This document shows positions 61,564 through 64,000 of a stretch of 64,000 bases of DNA, in pieces. The stretch lies in contig NC_135897.1 of assembly GCF_964194155.1 (NCBI RefSeq), positions 80,538,001-80,602,000 on the forward strand, in the 5' to 3' direction. The stretch is from Cetorhinus maximus (taxonomy: Eukaryota). The notes beneath the pieces were generated by a model that was given only the letters and a program-made list of their open reading frames with translations, had not been told where the DNA came from and ran no database searches. The translations under genes and the position numbers were made by a program. The stretch's first letter is position 1. Each line of letters begins with the position of its first letter.

Positions 61564-63845
61564 GGCCGGGATTTTCCGTGCCCGCTGGTGTCGGGCGTGT
61601 TCGGTGGCATGAGCGGACAATATGGCATGATCGGTTTCACAATGGCGTGAAACCAGTTCGCGATCGTCTGCTCAGCACGCCGATGGTGGGCCACATTCTC
61701 CACCATTAGAGGTTGGGAACATCATTGTAATACATCAGCACATCATAATTAGGCCTGCCTGCCAGAATCATCCTCCACTGCTGGATCGTCCGCCAACATC
61801 AGCGGGAAAGCTACCGGCGTAGAACATGTCTTGACAACTGTGACATGCAGTAGTCGGGACTTACCCACCAGGGCATTGCTCACAACGCGGACATCCAAGG
61901 AGCAGAAGATGCTGGAGTCTGACACCATCGGAACACTGGAGGAATACCCATGGCATGCTGGGTTGATTCTCATGGACATGGCTTTGCTGCAAAGCAGTGC
62001 ACAGAAGTTGGATAGAAGTTGATGCTCACAACGGGTGATGATCGAGGGGCTGGGAGAGGAAGGGCTAGGATCAGCTGGGAGAGGAAGAAGTATCAGGATG
62101 GGGGGAGGTGGGGAGGGTGGGAATGAAGATGTCAGGATGGGGGGAGGTTGGGAGGGTGGGAACAAATGTGTCAGGATTGGGTGAGGTTGGGAGGGGGAAA
62201 TGAAGGTGTGGGGGGGAGGAGAATGGGGGAGGAGGGGATAACAGGAGACGAGACTGCACCTGGGGAGGTAGGTGTAAGGGGGATGAAAGGTGCAAGGGTA
62301 GGAGTGCGAAGAGGGGAGGTTGTCTGGGGGGAGGAAGGGGTGCAAAGAGGGGAGGGAGTAAGGGTTGAAGAAGTAAGAGTGGAGGAAGGAGTAAGGGAGG
62401 GGGTAGGAGTAAGGCTGGAGGAAGAAGTCAGGAGGGGGGAGGGACTAATGGTGGCTGAAGAGGTAAGGGTGGAGGAAGGAATCAGGAAGGGGAAGGACTA
62501 AGCGGTGGGGGAGTCTGGGGTGTGGTGGGAGGACTGCGGGGAGGACGGAGTGCAGAGTGGGGGAAGGGGTGTGAAGGGAGGAAGGGATGCGAAGTGGGGA
62601 AGGCGTTCTGGGGGGAAGGGGTGCGGAGGCGGGGATGTGCAGGGGAATGTGCACGGGAGGGGTCGGATAGACCCATGTCTACCTCTTTGGGTGCCAATTG
62701 AGGATAGGCGTGGTGTGGAGGAAGGGTGCGAATGACTGAGGGCAGAGTGAGGCGGTAGGATGGGAGGGTGAGGGTTCGATGGCAGCAAAAGAAGGGTCGG
62801 CGACGGTGGTTGGTGGGGACCCAGAGGCAGACACGGACCCTGGGGGTGGGAAGGAGGAAGTTGGGGAGGGGAATGTGAATGGAGGTGGGATTTTCAGGAA
62901 GGAAGGGAATGTGCACGTTCAGCTAGATATCCCCGAAGGAAAAGAGTTGTGGCTGGTATGAAACGGAGGGGAAGTGGAAGGTGATGTTGGGAGGGTCAAC
63001 TGTGATGGGGGAAAGGAAGTGGGTGACTGGGGGAGGGGAAAAGACTTGGGAGCGCACAAAGAACCGAATCCAGACCATGCAGTCCAAATCGAAAGTGAAA
63101 CGACAGTCGTGGTGGGCGAGATCAGGTGCTGCATGGGAGTGTGATCATTGGGTCGGCGGAGATGCAGGTCAGCGCAGATGGACAACTGAAAGCGAACCCC
63201 AGCAGGCTGCATTCCTAATGTTAAGGACATTGAGATGAGTGTGAAATGTGAAGGATCCGTGTGCATGTGAGAGTGTTTGCATGAGGTTCCAAAAGGCCCT
63301 GCCACACACACACTTTTCGCTCCAGAATCATGCGTGACGGGTCTTCCTGGCAGCTCATTTCCACCTCTTCAATGGAGGAGGAGTCCTCTTGGCTGCAGGT
63401 GATGACATAGATGGAGTTGAGGGCTTGGCTGGCTGAGGGTGTTGGTCTCTTGGCAGAGCTCCCTGTGAACTTAAGTAGAGTTAAGCGGTGCATGGCAGCA
63501 GAGTTGAAGGCTGCAGAGAGAGCACTTACATTTGCATTGATGGAGAGATGATGTGGTGCAGGATCCTCAGGGGGTGGTCGCCACCAACCTCACTGAGATG
63601 TGTGCGCATGGCTGGACTTTAAATATGGCGCGAGGCGTGATGAAGCAGTGAAGTGATGGCGGGTGGGCGAATGAGAGCCCACCTGCCATAGAAACGGCAT
63701 GCTTCCCAGGAATGCATAAAGAATGTGGGGGGTGGGGTGGTGGGATTGGGACAATACGGTGTGTAAACCCGCATCACGAGCCAGTGGGTAAAGTGTTTTC
63801 CCCACCTGTTACCGCACTCAGTGCAAATCGGAGATGATTCCGTCC
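61564..63845. mobile_element. Non-autonomous Harbinger derivative (2.3 kb)
   Basis: GGCCGGGATTTTC / GATGATTCCGTCC flanked by TAT on both sides; 63615-63845 resembles the right end of the element at 4250-4471; purine-rich tract 62050-63040. Confidence 0.75.
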
Positions 63846-63856
63846 TATCTTTTCAA

Positions 63857-64000
63857 GGGCAGGACTTTCGGGTCATCGGGCAGGCGCGGCAGGCGACCCA
63901 GGAGTGGCTGGGAAGGCCCCTAACCGAGATTTCATGCTGGCTGGCCAATTAAGGCCCAGGGGAGCGTGCAATGAAAGCGCCCTGAAGGCAGAAAGCTGCC
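63857..64000 (+). mobile_element. Left end of a Harbinger-type MITE (38238 family), runs off window
   Basis: GGGCAGGACTTTC..GGAGTGGCTGGGAA..GCTGGCCAATTAA..CAATGAAAGC, as in 38238-38475. Confidence 0.8.

Overview
Repeat-dense vertebrate genomic DNA with no intact multi-exon protein-coding gene that I can recognise. It looks like a gene desert or a very large intron. The repeat mix (CR1 LINEs with a zinc-finger/SGNH-esterase ORF1, Deu-domain tRNA SINEs of the SacSINE1 type, abundant PIF/Harbinger elements and their MITEs, Penelope-type palindromes) points to a cartilaginous fish, probably a shark; this is inference. Main contents: a near full-length CR1 (8151-12230, -), a near-complete two-gene Harbinger transposon (49308-53835), several decayed Harbingers and MITEs with 3-bp TSDs, a solo LTR with a 5-bp TSD, an internally deleted Ty3/Gypsy element, many nested LINE fragments, a 33-bp minisatellite and AT-rich unique blocks that look like conserved non-coding elements. 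The two most unusual items: (1) a chimeric insertion at 43320-43889 joining a tRNA-Trp 3' fragment, a tRNA-Ser copy and a polyadenylated, intronless RPL41 retrocopy with an open 25-codon ORF, all on the - strand and missed by the ORF track; (2) a 7-unit tandem array at 22187-23190 made of a tRNA-like SINE head plus two GAAA-tetraloop hairpins, inside a Harbinger relic. All family assignments come from motif recognition by eye; no database search was run and many boundaries are approximate.
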